Below are positions 20,448-34,428 of a DNA stretch of 64,000 bases, one piece after another. Origin of the DNA: Phoronis australis (taxonomy: Eukaryota > Animalia > Phoronida). The stretch covers positions 110,277-174,276 of the forward strand of contig NMRA01000169.1 in the NCBI GenBank assembly GCA_002633005.1, written 5' to 3'. A model generated the notes under the pieces. The model worked only from the letters and a program-made list of their open reading frames with translations, made no database searches and was not told the origin of the DNA. Each line of letters begins with the position of its first letter. Position 1 is the stretch's first letter. The translations under genes and the position numbers were made by a program.

Positions 20448-23400
20448 AACAGGGACAACAGATGCAACGACAAATTTTAAGAGTAGCTCCACGACTTCGT
20501 TGCCACGCCGAAATAGCAATTATTATTTTGCGTTTTCTTTATCTTTGAAGGATATTGAAATTGTAATTTGTATCTATTGTGCTAAATTAAGTTGTATTGA
20601 TTTGAATTTGTGACCCTACGTAAAAATCAGCAGTATATTCTCTTTGAAAAGATTCTAATACAACATATCAACATAGAACTCTAGGCACGGAATGCCAACC
20701 CCTGTACATGGCCAATACGTTCCCGTGTTAAGGGTCACAGAACAGTTCTCATTGGCTTTTGCCTAGCAAAACACACACCAACGGACTTGTCACTTTTTTT
20801 CACTCTGTCGAAAACCGTATGGAAAGAATGACATGTTTTGAATCATGTCACACCAAATGAGCACAGCAACTTTATCGTATCTTTTATTTTTTGGCCCTTT
20901 CACCCGTACTAAAAAGCCAGACAGGCTTAGAAAAAAGGGGTTGAAACACAAAATTGGCACTTTTCACCCCAAAACCACCACTTCCCTGACGATGCACAAC
21001 ATGAGCCAACATCATATTTTGAAAGCAAATGTCTTACAGATTACATAACTCTGTTCAAAAGTACTGTCAAGCAACTAAATGTTTTGAAATTCTGGCTTGC
21101 TTGAGCGCTACCTGAAATCGCAGTTGATTTCTCAGTCGCTACCCAGAAATGCAAAAATGCAACGGGGGCCGCCATATTGAAAAATAGAGCAGCTACAGCC
21201 AAGCAAGAGGTCCTTCTTCATTTCCAACATATTTACAAAAACCACATTCACTAAGCCTACGTGGAGCTCCTTCCTCGAAACTGTCCCTGAACTTGTCTTA
21301 CCTCTAGAATTCTTGGCTGTGCCAATTGGCTGCGGCTGCAACCTAACTGTCTGTTCATTGTCAGCTTAGAGTTTGAAACTCAGATAGTTCACAGGACTGG
21401 CTGCAAGAGTTTACACTGTTAATTACCGGTTGTCTATTTGACCGAGTTTTAATCAGCTATGGAAGTTTTCCAAATGTCTGACATAATTGTGTTTTCATTA
21501 ACTGCTTCATTTTCATTTGGGAATTTTTGTTCATAATGGGATCATCTAGCGACACTCTTGAGGTACGGTTCCAGACAACCAGCGATTTCTCGGCACAATT
21601 AGTCAACAAGCTCGATAATTACACTACCCATTCTTGATACGCACCGATCGGTGGCCCTGGCTGGATGCCGGGAATAGTCTGGCCTCTGACGTCTTTTCAG
21701 CTTAAGTAATTGAGTGACTTTCGTCAAGATATCAAAATACATGCTAACAAAATATTTTGGGTGTCAAAATCGTGTTACAGAATTTTACTGAAAGAAGTGA
21801 CATTTGGTTTCTGAGTGTTTGTCCTGCAATTACATGTATGCATGAAAGTTTAGTTAATTCGATTTCTGATCAGTAATGTAACATGTTGTATTTACCTATA
21901 GCTGTGAATAAATTTTAAGAATAAAAAATTTCCCTTGTAATAAAATCCAATCCAATATTTTGTGTTACCGTCAGCGTACATTGTACTTTCCAAATGTCCC
22001 GCTCTTAAAGTTTTCCCGCCATCCAGTCACACTATCAAAATGTCCTAATTTTTGACACACTGTGAAATCGGCACATTATGATATGCAATCGCAACTTCAC
22101 ACCTATTTTCTGTTCCACTAAAGAGAACAAAAAACTTGTTTTTGCGGCACCTGCAATTACCCATCCGACTAAAAAATCAAAACATGCCGTCGGGTGTTTC
22201 GTCTCGTGTTCAACAAAAAATGTCTCGACGTTTTTGAGTGCTGCGAAAAAATATTTCACCCTTGCGTTAAGGCATCGAACAAGATATCCCGCTTTTTACC
22301 CGGGTGGATGCCCCCTCTTTGCTATCCAGATGCTCCGTTTTTTCATTCTAGTCAAATGTTGACAACGATGCAACAGATGTTAAGAATAACATTGCCTCTT
22401 TCCTATGAATGCTGTTATTTTCCAGAGTCCACTTTCTTTCGTAAAACTGTGTTCCAGAGTCTCCTATTTGTGACTACATACACTGTATGCATTGGTATCG
22501 CTAAATATACTTTCTGGAAAAAGGAGTTTCCCTCTATGGAAAGTCATACGTTGTAACCACTGTATTGAGATATCCACAGTATATTTTAAAGATACACAAT
22601 AGTTGTTTGTCCATATTTTATCTTTCAGAAAAGCCGGATAGAACAGTAGTTAGAGTAATTACTTTATCACGTTTTTTGTAAATTTCACTGCATTCTGAAT
22701 TTTTACTGAAGAATCTAATTGCATGAAACCGCACCAAAGGTCCTTTTAATAAACAAAGATATATAAGTCTGACTTACTTCTTCACAACATCTGGGAGGTT
22801 CCCGTATTCTGAAACCTTTGTCTTAACCCGGTATCTACATGTATCTTTTGAATCATTGAAACAATTTCCATGCTCAGCTGGTCTCATCAGTCATTTATAT
22901 ATCCTCTCTAATTAATTTCATCCTTACGTTATTATAACAACTTAAGTTCATCGATGTTACAATAGATAGTAAATTAGCCACAGAATAAAATGTAGTTGTT
23001 GATCCATCCGGCAAAGTTCATTGTAAATCGAAATTGAATTTTGTCAGATGGACAATACCCAGAAAATTTAAAATCCTAGAACTTCGGAGGCATCACGACT
23101 CCTTCAAAGGAAAGATGGTACTGGGAGTCGTCATCTCTTGCTTTCTAACGAGATCTCGTCTAATTGCAAACTTCGCGAACACTTTGGAGCGAACTCCATT
23201 TTGCTTGTTCAATGAGATATTTAATGAACATAGCCTCACCTAATTATGAGTGCATTTAAAAATGGATTTTTGCACTGAGATCGCTGTACTAATTCCACTA
23301 ACGCTAGTCTTTTCACATGTTTATTATTCTATTAGCAATAAAAGAGTGACAACAACTTTGTAATTGGACTTTCTTTTTAGAGGGGTAGAAGGATAAACAG

Positions 23401-25199
23401 TATGCGATAGCATTACGTTTTTGTGGTCATTTCTTTCGTACACTCAGAGTCGAAAAGTTTTCCCAGACAAAACTGGTCGAGACTACTAGCGGCACACTGC
23501 CTCCTTACCACGACTTCTCGAAGGCAAACCTCATGCTCGTAAATATACACGACTGCGCTCTCAAATTTCGTACAGTAAGACGGTGGGTGTATTTTCATAC
23601 GTAGAGTCTATCTCTTTCTCTTTTAATAGCTGTTGTTGAAAGTCATCACTGCATCACGCAGCTTCCAATGCCTCGATCGCTTAAAGCTTCCGACAGCAAT
23701 CCGACAAGACTGAGCCAGAAATTTGATTAGGTGTGCCTACAATCGGGTGAACATCATGAAGTTCAGTGTTGAAATTCCTCAGTCTGTACTATCAATCGCC
23801 TAGTGGCGGGAGTGCTGGTGCGGAATGTTTTTCCACTGCCCAGTATTTCTGTAAGGTCTAAGATATTGTAGTTATTATAAAATCTTGGTAGGGATGTATG
23901 TAGATTGCCTAGTACGTTCCTGCACTCAAGATGATCATGCAAGAAGACGGATTACCGAATTTGCGGCCTGTTGGCTAAATCGTAATCACGTAATGCGTGT
24001 GAGTGTAATATCAACATTTTCTTGTCTGACTGAAACCGTATAATTGATGCTAGTATTAGTCTTGATGTGTTTACATAAGGTAATGCGCATGATTTATAAA
24101 TGCGGACATGTCGCTACGTTTCATTGGCAGTGCAAGGATTTGAAATGCGTGTGTGGGGACTCATTTTTTTCATACAACGTTCCTACAATGGATTTTGACA
24201 CCTTTTAGACCGTGTATAATAAATTTGTGGCGCAAAATCTAGTTAAAAATGTTCTTATGTTGGGAAATATTTAACAATTTCGAATTGTAAAGAAAAATTA
24301 ATTATTTTTTGGTTTCCCGCCAAGTGATATCATCAATGGCAGACGTCGATCAGTTGCAATGACGGATGGTAGTTACTCTTTAGTGATCGAGCTAGACTAG
24401 TATTATGAAGACAGGCATGGAGATTTGGTGGTGAAGAAGACACTCGGGTGAAACAGGAAATGAATTAGCCTCGCCGTATCGGCAGACTTTGCGTGTTAAA
24501 AGCGTACGAACTCGACTCTCCCGTACCGGCGTCTTCGGCGAGTGAAACCGAGTCGGAGCATACTCAGTCTGCGGACAGTCCTTATTTCAGAGCAGTAATT
24601 AAAGAGCCTATTTTGAATCCCAATTTAATTGTAATGTTCTAACCACTTTATTGTCGAGTAATGTTTGTCACAAACTGTAAATCTAACCGAAGTTTTTTTT
24701 ACCCGGACTGTCGAAGACCAGTCGCGAATTGCGGACACTGACTTCATTTATTCGAATGCTGAGTGCGTTTGTCAGGAACAGTCATATCCAGTTATGTAAA
24801 CTGGATTTTATTTATGGTAAATGATGCTCGTTTCTGTCTGATATGTACCAAAATTATGAAAGCTTTCTACGGTTGTGATTCGTCGATTATTTTGGTCCAG
24901 TGTTTACTTCCAGAATCTTTGTCGGCTATTGTCATGATCTCAAACTACAATGTATTTGCGTGGGATCTACGTTCCAAATCCTACTATTGGGAATTGAACG
25001 TATATGTGAATATCATGCATTCCCACAAAACCTTGGATAAGGATGAAGTGATGGAAACTTATTGCGATCACATTCATTATCTCAGTCACAATTTGATACT
25101 GACGCTCATAAGCAATGTGTGCCTGACATCTAAGTTCCCAGCAATGGTACAAAATACTCTTTTTCTCCATCAAATGCATTTAAACGTTGGAGAAACCAT

Positions 25200-25430
25200 C
25201 GTAAAATCCCGTTTCAGCGACAGATCGAAGCAAGAATCTTCGAAATGGACTGAGCACAGCATGTCCCGTGAACGAACTTTTCGCTTGCTCCACCGTGTAC
25301 AGTCCGACGCACGAACCTGTGCCAATTCTGGGCGATATAAGGGTCTTTCAAAAAATTACCAAAAATGGAAATATTGTCTGTGCGATTGCTGTATCCTCCG
25401 TACATACAACTTTTCATGATAGTCAGTGGA
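25200..25430 (+). mobile_element. Possible highly decayed Harbinger-type transposase C-terminal remnant
   Basis: ERTFRLL and NIVCA / CCIL..NF resemble the ERxFGxLK..IVxACCxLHNF end of Harbinger DDE transposases; weak. Confidence 0.25.
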
Positions 25431-27249
25431 ACTCAGTTTTCGATACCACTTCCGCTCGCGGCTGGTGTGGAACAACGCCATGGTGGAGACAAGATCCACT
25501 GATCACGTCACAAAAAAATTTTAAAAATCTAATTTTTGCGCTTTATTTCTTGATTTAAATTACACAAATTGCACAAGAAATATTTAAAATATCATACAAA
25601 AATATCATACCAAAATATCATACCAAAATTGTTGGTAAGCTAATTCAGTTATACACGTAGGGAATTTCATTACATGTGAAATAATAATATCTGTTCACCT
25701 ATTGTACCATCTACGTTCTGATCATGTTATCATTTTCTGAAACGCTCTGTTCTGCTTGAAAGCCAGTCTATCAACAATGCTTTCGATTCTTTCGGGAAGA
25801 TTTTGTGCACAACATTCTTAATATAAACAAAAGAATCATTGTAAAGCAACCATAAAGCGTCATTGTCGTCAGATGGCCACAATATTGTTTCTTAATTTTG
25901 TCACTGCGCTCATGTCGGAGACCTTATGGAAAGTAGCAAAAAGTAAGCCGCTTGTTCCATAAACTTGAGACCGTTCCTACGATTGAAAGCACTTTTAACT
26001 ATTAGTAATGAAGGGTTTTAAACTTTAAGTCGATGATTTAAACCTCAACTAAATAGTTCATCATTATCGTACTGGGTACCGGTATAATACGCAATTGTTT
26101 TCGTAAGTTCCACACCTAGTTTCTATCAATTTCTTTACCGTGCAATGTCTCTTTTCATTATCTAAATAGCGTAACTAGGTCCAGGCTCTGACAAAAAGAT
26201 CTAGTTTTATTCGTCACCTCTACCAGGCAAAACACTAATCATTTCCATGTTTGTGGCGCACATGTACATGTACATAGGCTGCATCTAAGTCATACATACA
26301 GTAATACCAGAACTAGATGGTAATCCACACATTCTTTGGCTAGAGTATCACAAATGTTAAGTGTTTAACTAAATAAAGTATTTTTCTTAAATTGTTAGTG
26401 TCTGAACGATATGACAAGCCGCCTTTCAATGTAGTGACCCGGCATAAATGCAAACCGCCAAAACGTCCAGTGTTTTCAATTACTATGTTGGATGTTAAAA
26501 TATTCAACAAAATCAATCTTTCAGTGCTTAATTTCCTCACAGAACTGTGTAAACAAACAGCCTAATGAAGTCGTTTACATCGATTTTCAACCAATCCTGC
26601 GAACGTGAATGAAGACCTCTTTCTCATGTGTTAATAAGGATAGTGCATCGGTAGCGAGAGCTACAGTGTGCCAGTCGCTTAGGACCTTGACTTCGTTATT
26701 GGCAAGTAACATTGGATTGGTACTGCATGTTGTAGGAAATTAAACCATGTTTCGCTCACTAACAGGTACGAACTGGTCTGGTGAAAAATTATCTTATATT
26801 TCAAGTACAAAGTTGTTGTTTCACTGTTAACGACCTTCGGGAGCGCTTCTCAGTTAGCGCGTACAATGTATTTTTATAATGGACCCTAAAACACGTGCGT
26901 GTAGGTTCACAAACACTTTAATGTTGTCTGGGACTATAAAGATGTCCAAATTCGGAACATCATACCTCATAACTGGCTCGCCGTATGTCTTTGAAACTTT
27001 CAGATACAGTGCAAATTGTTCTCTAAACAAATTACTCCACATGTGTCATTAAACTTGAGAAAAATCCGTTTCATGCAACACCCTTTCAAAGTTGGATTCT
27101 GAATATGGTTGCTTCTCAGAAGGTGTCAAGTTCAACGTTGATCTTCCTGAAGTATTGCTATTGTGGGCACTTCATATAATAAAAGCAAAACATATGTAAT
27201 TGGTGGTTGAACTATAATTTTACATGTTTTACTTATCTGAACAGATGTG

Positions 27250-28145
27250 AGGGAGGAATTCGACTTTGGGACGACGATCAAATCTTTGCCGAAGTCAAAT
27301 TCGCTCATTGGGTTCTACAACTTATTTCAGAAGTGGCAACTGTGAATGCTTCTTACCGATTAGGATAAAAATAGCCATTCATGGGCCTTAGCACCTGGAC
27401 TTCTTTGACCGGCTGTTCGGCAATTAGGGAACAGATATGGTGTCAGCCACAACGGCTGCATGCTCGTGGTAACATTCTTTCCCGACCAAATTAGACACTG
27501 CGTACTGGCTATGAAAAGTAAAGCCGTTATGAAATATGAACTTATTCATTCCATAAAAAAGGCAAAAACCCGCTGTTCCTTTAATGATGTGTACCAATCT
27601 AGTGAAACCAGCCTGAGTAACACAATGAGGTGACTTGACTTCTACACACCATCGCACGATAAAGCATTTACAGGGCTCGACGCTTAGCAGAACGTCAACT
27701 CGCCACATGGAACCAGGCAAAATTACCACATTGAAGTCGCCCATACAACTTCGTTGGCAAGAGCCGCAAAAGTAAACAAGATAACCGAAAGGGACAACAT
27801 TTGAACTCAGCACATTTCCGCGGAGATTGTCCAAACAGAATTTTTTGCTCGAACTTAAAGTTAGTGTCTGATTTTGGGCAAAATGTCCGGCGCAGGCTCA
27901 AACTCCTGAGACAGGCGAACGCGATTGCTCCTCTTCCGATATTTGCCGAACGATTCCGGTTGTTGAGTGCGAGCTCAGACGTAGTTTGGCGACTTCAAGT
28001 ACGTGGCGACCTGGGTTTTTAAAAGCCATCATGAAGGCAATTGAAATCATATTGCTGTACTCACCCACAGTTGAATAACCACGTGAATCGAACTGTTGGA
28101 AGTGGACGAATTCCAAGCCTCAAAGTCGCACAATTAGTTGTCTAA
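27250..28145 (+). mobile_element. Decayed hAT-type transposase C-terminal (dimerisation domain) remnant
   Basis: Across frames: TIPVVECE..RS, FKYVATW, NHIAVLTH..IELLEVDEF..SK, matching the hAT pattern TLPVTSCECERSFS.LK..KTWLRSTM..RLN.LA.L.IH..D.F. Confidence 0.45.
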
Positions 28146-30000
28146 ACGACACCAGCATAGTACTTAGCGACACGTTAAAACGTTAATAGAAAACTTGTCA
28201 ATATTTTCTTTACACGTCGGTTAGCTGCCAGTGGAGTTTAATGAATAGAATTATCAATGTACTTTCTAGAGTGAAATCCATTTGGATATTAATATTGTAT
28301 ACCGGTACTTCAATCGCTTAATTATCCGTTGTTGAATCAGCGACCAATAATTAGCCACTGAAGATTTTACGGTAATTTTTCAAAATTAAAGCACACTGCA
28401 GGTATTCCCCCGGGGTTACCCTTCTTGTACAAAATCAAACTGAGTGTTTATCATGAAGTGAGGACGCCTTTTCTTTCACATTTAATTGCCACGGCTTCTG
28501 AAAATGACCTAGCTTACTAATGAAAGCATATCTTGACACGAATTCGAACATCTAGGTTGTTACGGTCATCTATATATGTTTGTACTTGAAGTTACACTCA
28601 ATTTATACTCTACAGCTAGTCTGCAACGTCAGCTCGCATTCAATGTACATGTACCCTGTACATTACACTGTAGCGGCAGCGCGCAGTCAATTTAAGCTGC
28701 ACTATTATAGTGCAGCGTCCGTCCTCAGTCAAACTACATGTACGTTGTACGGTTGGCTGTAGCGTCAGTCAGCAGTCAACATAAACAGTCAACATACACG
28801 GTGCTGCTAGATTGCAGCGGCAGTCTGCAATTGCATGTACTTAACTAACTGCCAATTTGCACTGTACGGCTAGACTTTACCCGAGTAATACTAAATGTAC
28901 CTCTGTTTTGCACGTGCTTTAGCACATACAAATGAGCACCGTTCTACTGTGGAAATAACTACTAAAGCACGTTATGAGTAGCAACAGTCTTCTTGCCTTC
29001 GACTCTGCTGTTCATAAGTAGGCCTACATGTTTGATAACTGTACCTGTTCGTGGTGGGTCGTTACAAATTATTACTGTTTGAGTAAGTAACAAGTACGAT
29101 GCGAATTATTTTCATTGTCTTTAGTAATACGTGAAATAAAGTTTTTGAGTACAGTTCCCCTTTTAATTGTTGTGGTCCATATTATCTACCTAAATTTTCC
29201 CACATTGTATTCTTTTCATTTTGTGCGTATTTGCAGGACCTCGCAGAACACTAATGGACTTCTTTTGCTACTTGTACAGTAGTTTTCAAAATAACCTTAA
29301 TGACTTACTTCGCCGACTAACATCTGCCAGATTCTGCCAACTTTGGTTGAAGTTCTTTGTAGAACTATTTCGCAGTTAAGTCAATTTGTCGCATCAAAAG
29401 GCCATTTTTGTCAAAATTTAGCAAAAATATGGGGTGACCTTGTTTGTTCAAGACACGTTGACGCAATTTCACCAAAGTGCTCGGAACAACGCCTGAATTT
29501 CAACGTAGCAAGAGTCTAAAACATGCACAGGTGAATACTGACATATCCATATTCACATCCAACGTTTCAGTTTATTACAAACAAAAAATCTTCAGGGAGA
29601 AGTAGTACGACCTCATCAAATCAAGCAAATAAACGGGATAAACTACATGTACTTGCAACATATTCCACGCCTTTACACAAATCAAAACACAGTATAATCC
29701 TTTATACGATCACACTGCTCCGGATCACGTCGATCGAAATGCATAGTATGAGGAAAATGCTGTGAACAGTTTGATTTTGAGTACAAAAATATTAGTAGTG
29801 ATCCCTTTGTACACGTACGATTCTAGGGTTGGAGAGGATGATTCAAGGGTTATGACTTATGATTCGAAACTCATGTCTATAATTCTTCGGTACCTTTGTA
29901 TACATAATCACATTTGACTCACTTTTGTTTCAGACGTAGCCAGGTTTTCCGGTACTATTTAGGAGTGTCGAAAAACAATAATTATTCCTGCACCGTCTAC

Positions 30001-32073
30001 ATGACAGATACGACTATCAAACAAGGTCTCGCTATGTTCCGCATCCGTAATTTTGCTGTAAGTTCTGTTGGTCCAGTAGAAGCGACGTCTACTTCTAGTT
30101 TCGATGTAGAAATTGGAGAAAACCAGGCCGAACTCGTATCCGTTACATCAAGGGCAAAATCTATCGAAAGTGATACATGGCAGTTAAACGAAAGGAAAGG
30201 AACTATCAAACAAGGTTCTGGTTTTCTTAGCTTTGACAGGTTCGGCTACTGGGCCAGGGCTATAGCGCAAGGAAATGTTGAAAAGATTCGCAATATTCTA
30301 GCTAGTTGTAAGACGTCAACAGAGCGACACCTGTTGGTCAATGGTCGATTTGTCTACTATGACGCAAAGGAGGCACGACAAGCGTTTGGACATTACGTTT
30401 TACCGAAATTCGTCGACGAATATATCGCCAAAGAAATGAAGTTAACCGGTAAAAAGTGCGTTCGAGGTTTCCATCCTGTACATATCGCCGCTGTGGGTTG
30501 TCACAAAAATGTACTTATGGAACTTTTGAGGGAAGGAGCGGACTTGAAATGCCAAGGAATGTTAGGTTGGAATATTGTACACTGTCTTGCATTCAAGATG
30601 GACCGAAAATGTCACAAAAGGTGTGAACTGTATCAAGAAATTTCCAAGCACCTGCTTAATCAAAAACATGGGTTAGCTAGCTTACGAGAAATGCTCTTTC
30701 ATGAAGATTTTTTCGGTTGTCGTCCTCTTGAACTATCTGTGAAAATGTCTGCTTTTGATTTCGCTCAAGCCCTTATGAACACAGAGCATGTTTACAGATT
30801 CACGAAATCTGCCAACGAGTTCCACGACTTTGCGTTATTTGACGTCACAGATTACACATTGTCTGGTGACAGGCTGTACAAAAACCCCTTTCTGTTGCTA
30901 CACCACGCCCGCTATTCACACATAGAAGAGGTGGACGAGGGGAAGTTCCTCAAATCGCCGTTGATGAAGTGGGCCTGTTGTCTTCGGCAGCAGTACGCTC
31001 CACTGGCGATAATGTGGATGGTGACAAGAACAGTCTATACGGTATTATTCATCATATTCATGCAAGATTTTCTCGTTCGAAGTCTGCATAGTATTCGAAT
31101 CAATCTTGACTTCAACAGTAAGGTGCGGAAAATGAACATGACAATGCAGGAGAACTATTCAGCTCTCTCCCACAAGATAGACTGTGACGAGAAGAGCTTC
31201 AAATACCTGACGAAGCGCGATGTCGTCATCATCTTACGCATTCTGTTATACTCTAGGCTGTTCGCCAGCCTCTTGACTGTGGTAGGAGAAGTTGCATTGC
31301 GGCTTAAGCACGACCGATTTTTGACCTATCCTTTTGCTCGATCACGTGGAGATCATGTGATAAACTACTCATTTTACGTCTTGTGCGACTATTGCCACAC
31401 AGTGTTTGCTATAGCAGGTTTTGAGATTGTAATGTTCCACCAGCATGATTTAACGTATTCAGACATTTTGCGAACTTTTGTCTATTTCTGCATCGCTGTC
31501 GCAAGTACATGTAACGTGTGGTCTTTGTTGTTTTTCGTCAAGCAACTTCCCAAAGTCGGCTACTTTGTGATTATCTTCCAAGAAATGATGACAAGTCTAG
31601 TTCATTTCAGCATAATCTATTTTTTAATCCTGGTCTCTTTCTCCGTGACGTTTTACGCCTTACTCGGTAGCCAGTGTTTGCGTTCAGAATTCCACTCTAT
31701 GGGATCGGCCATGTACACCACTTTCATTGTCATGCTCAATATGGTTACAATGGTGAGTCCTGGAAGTGACGTCAGTGAGCCTGAAGTTTTGATTGTCATT
31801 GTACTGCACCTTGTGTATGTCTTGGTAGTGGCCATTTTACTTCTGAATTTTCTAATAGCTGTTATGTCAAGTACTGTTCTGAAAGTGGCCGACAGAAAAG
31901 CGACGGTAAACGAGTTTCATAGAGTCTCCATTGCGACTTTGATTGAATTCAGGTTTGGGTATATTTTTAAGTATCTTCTTCCGCGTACTAAAGGTTTTAT
32001 ATTCGAAAATGGTCGAGCATACGTTCCATGTGTAGTAAATCGTGCTGACGATGGCGAAGTAGAAGAGAGCTGA
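30001..32073 (+). CDS. TRPV-like cation channel, about 690 aa (alternative start 30034), single coding exon; paralogue A2
   Basis: Colinear with A1 (LSFDRFGYWARA, PVHIAAVGCH, CRPLELSVKMSAFD, VGYFVIIFQEMM, MYTTFIVMLNMVT, AILLLNFLIAVMS). The track start 29914 is a TTG upstream of an acceptor CTTTTGTTTCAG ending 29933; first ATG is 30001. Confidence 0.92.
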   Translation: MTDTTIKQGLAMFRIRNFAVSSVGPVEATSTSSFDVEIGENQAELVSVTSRAKSIESDTWQLNERKGTIKQGSGFLSFDRFGYWARAIAQGNVEKIRNILASCKTSTERHLLVNGRFVYYDAKEARQAFGHYVLPKFVDEYIAKEMKLTGKKCVRGFHPVHIAAVGCHKNVLMELLREGADLKCQGMLGWNIVHCLAFKMDRKCHKRCELYQEISKHLLNQKHGLASLREMLFHEDFFGCRPLELSVKMSAFDFAQALMNTEHVYRFTKSANEFHDFALFDVTDYTLSGDRLYKNPFLLLHHARYSHIEEVDEGKFLKSPLMKWACCLRQQYAPLAIMWMVTRTVYTVLFIIFMQDFLVRSLHSIRINLDFNSKVRKMNMTMQENYSALSHKIDCDEKSFKYLTKRDVVIILRILLYSRLFASLLTVVGEVALRLKHDRFLTYPFARSRGDHVINYSFYVLCDYCHTVFAIAGFEIVMFHQHDLTYSDILRTFVYFCIAVASTCNVWSLLFFVKQLPKVGYFVIIFQEMMTSLVHFSIIYFLILVSFSVTFYALLGSQCLRSEFHSMGSAMYTTFIVMLNMVTMVSPGSDVSEPEVLIVIVLHLVYVLVVAILLLNFLIAVMSSTVLKVADRKATVNEFHRVSIATLIEFRFGYIFKYLLPRTKGFIFENGRAYVPCVVNRADDGEVEES

Positions 32074-32417
32074 GCAGAAATTCGACGTTCACAGCTTTTC
32101 CCTGTGGCCAGGATAGTTGTGGTTGTAGTAAAGATTTAATTGCTCGGGTTCTTTTGCAATACCTCGAGTAGTTTCATAGACTCAAATTACCTCTCGGGGG
32201 TCTTTCATATCTTTGCGAATTGTAATCCCACATAACCAAAAAGGATTTGGACAAACGACGGCTGAAATTATGGCTTTAGCCGAGCTATGCGCATAAATTG
32301 TACGTAACGACATTTTTCATCCCAGTCTCAATGCCTCTTGATACACTGTTAACTCTGTTTATACATTTAGTTAAGCACAAAAAACAACCTACAATAGACA
32401 AAGGACAAACAACAACA

Positions 32418-32482
32418 ACACACACACACGCACAAATACACATACACGCACACACACCAACACACACACACACACACACACA
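32418..32482. repeat. Imperfect (CA)n microsatellite
   Basis: Directly visible. Confidence 0.9.
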
Positions 32483-33014
32483 CTGCACTCACGCACGCGT
32501 ATTTCAAGACCTGCAAACATAGTTAAAACATGCGCGTACTCAAAAATACAAGAGCCACAGAAGACCACCTATTGTGTTAAATTTTTCGTACTCACAATTT
32601 CTGAAATAGATCCTTTTCCATTAGAATATACTTAAACACCCCATTCTTGAACATTTCAATTGAGGGAGAAGCATTTCTAAATTTTTGGCGGTAGATGTGT
32701 AAATTAAATTTATCCGAGTTGTGTAATTTGTCAAAGAAAACGTCTGTAGATGAGAGATCAAGTAAAGGTTGGATTTTAGCAAATAATCAATGACTGATTG
32801 CAGACCAGAAATTATTGGTGACAAACAATACCAGTAGGGATGGGTCATATTTTTCTCCTTTTTACAAATGGTACAGAAATTTGATAGCTTGACAGCAACT
32901 TAGACAATACATATATTTGGGGAATTGTTAACTCATGTGGTATCGCAGGAGAATTCCGGTATGTTCGGCAGCATTCTTTTTTGAAAATCCCGTAATTTGC
33001 TGTTGTTTTTTAAC

Positions 33015-33830
33015 TGTTTATTTCATCTCAATGACATTACAAAAAGTGATACAATTACTGCCTTCAAATTGAAAACATTGTATGCAAGCAGATCAGCAGA
33101 TATAACAACAACAAATACAAAGAGGGTCATTACAAAGATATCAAGATTACAAAGTACAATTTTTACGGTATAACAATGTAATAGATAGGGTATTGAACAA
33201 ACTGATTACAAGTACAAATACACATACGAACAAATACGCATGCACATACACTTAAACACGCACGCACACACAAACACACGCACACACATAAGAACACACA
33301 CGACAGAGAAAGACTATATCAATGAGACTGTTAAGTAATTGAAATTTAAGTTTGCTACTGCAAATGAAACTAGATAGCGTATTTATCAGAAAATTATTCA
33401 AATTTAAGTTGTTGAGATTCTTGAGGTAAAAATTAAATACGTTGATCAATAGGTAAGTTATGATTAAAGTGACATCAATATTTGAATCGACGGCCTGGAA
33501 GAGATGGACACGAGCTATCTGATTGACAGGATATTTAAGAAAAAATGATTATTCAAAGTGACACATTTACAAACATTTGGTATGTCTTGAAATGTTGTTG
33601 AAAATTTCGAGAATTGAGGAAAAGGCTAGCACTTAGCTTATTAATAATTATTTCTGTATTTCTGGTAATAGTAGGTGTGGATTTATGAAACTCAGACTAC
33701 ACATTGTACCTTTGACATCAAGTTTAATCGATTGCGAAATTTGTGCGAATTTTGGATGACAAGGAGTAACGTTCCACAGTTGGATGCACTGAATGTCTGG
33801 AAAATGAACTAGAAAGTCAGGTAAATTTCT
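33015..33830 (-). mobile_element. Old CR1/L2-group LINE 3' fragment
   Basis: Minus-strand remnants IQLWN, RNTEIIINKL...LN, NFLINTLSSFICSSK resemble the C-terminus of CR1/L2-type ORF2; followed by GT-rich tract and AATAAA (TTTATT on +, about 33017). Confidence 0.45.
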
Positions 33831-34378
33831 TAACGTTTCTGAAATCGGTAAAGAGAGGTAAATTAGAATGTTTATTAATATTATGAACTACCTTAAAGGC
33901 ATAAATGATGATGTGCTGTTTTCTAATGTCATGTGGCATCCAATTATGTAAGACGAAAGAATCCGTTTTACAGTAACGCCCACAATGCTGCCTGATACTG
34001 AAACCTATCAAGACATGTAAGACCTGAGTAGCTGCAAGTGATGTATAGAAATACATGTACATGTATAATTTGTAGTGTTACACCTTGTGGGCAATAAATT
34101 TGGTTGTTTTTAAATATTTTCTATTCAGTTTACATAATTAGCCAAATTTAAATGGCGAAATTCATGGTAATGGGCAGGTTTAAACACGAGAATTTTTAAC
34201 TTTAGAAAATACAGTGACATCAAAAATATTAAATCAAAACAATCCCTGACAGTGGTCACAGAAGTGGTTTGCATACCCGGCCTACGTGGCTTACGGCCCA
34301 CGGTTTATATAATGCAGCTAGGTCTGACTGACTCGTAATTGTACCCGACGTCAGCTAACACGGGGATCACCAATTAGG

Positions 34379-34428
34379 CCTACTAATGCTCCGCACGTGT
34401 CCTACTAATGCTCCGCACGTGTCCTACT
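34379..34428. repeat. Perfect 22-bp tandem duplication (CCTACTAATGCTCCGCACGTGT)x2.3
   Basis: Directly visible. Confidence 0.9.

Noticed and set aside
24763-25419. 218-aa ORF as a host gene
   Set aside because: Non-ATG start, no recognisable domain apart from a weak transposase-like tail.
27424-28116. Minus-strand ORFs between A1 and A2 as another channel pseudogene
   Set aside because: No TRPV motifs; the plus strand instead shows hAT-like remnants.
29914-30000. N-terminal extensions of A2 (and 63092-63118 of B2) given by the ORF track
   Set aside because: TTG starts from a bacterial-style caller; the A2 extension crosses a splice acceptor.
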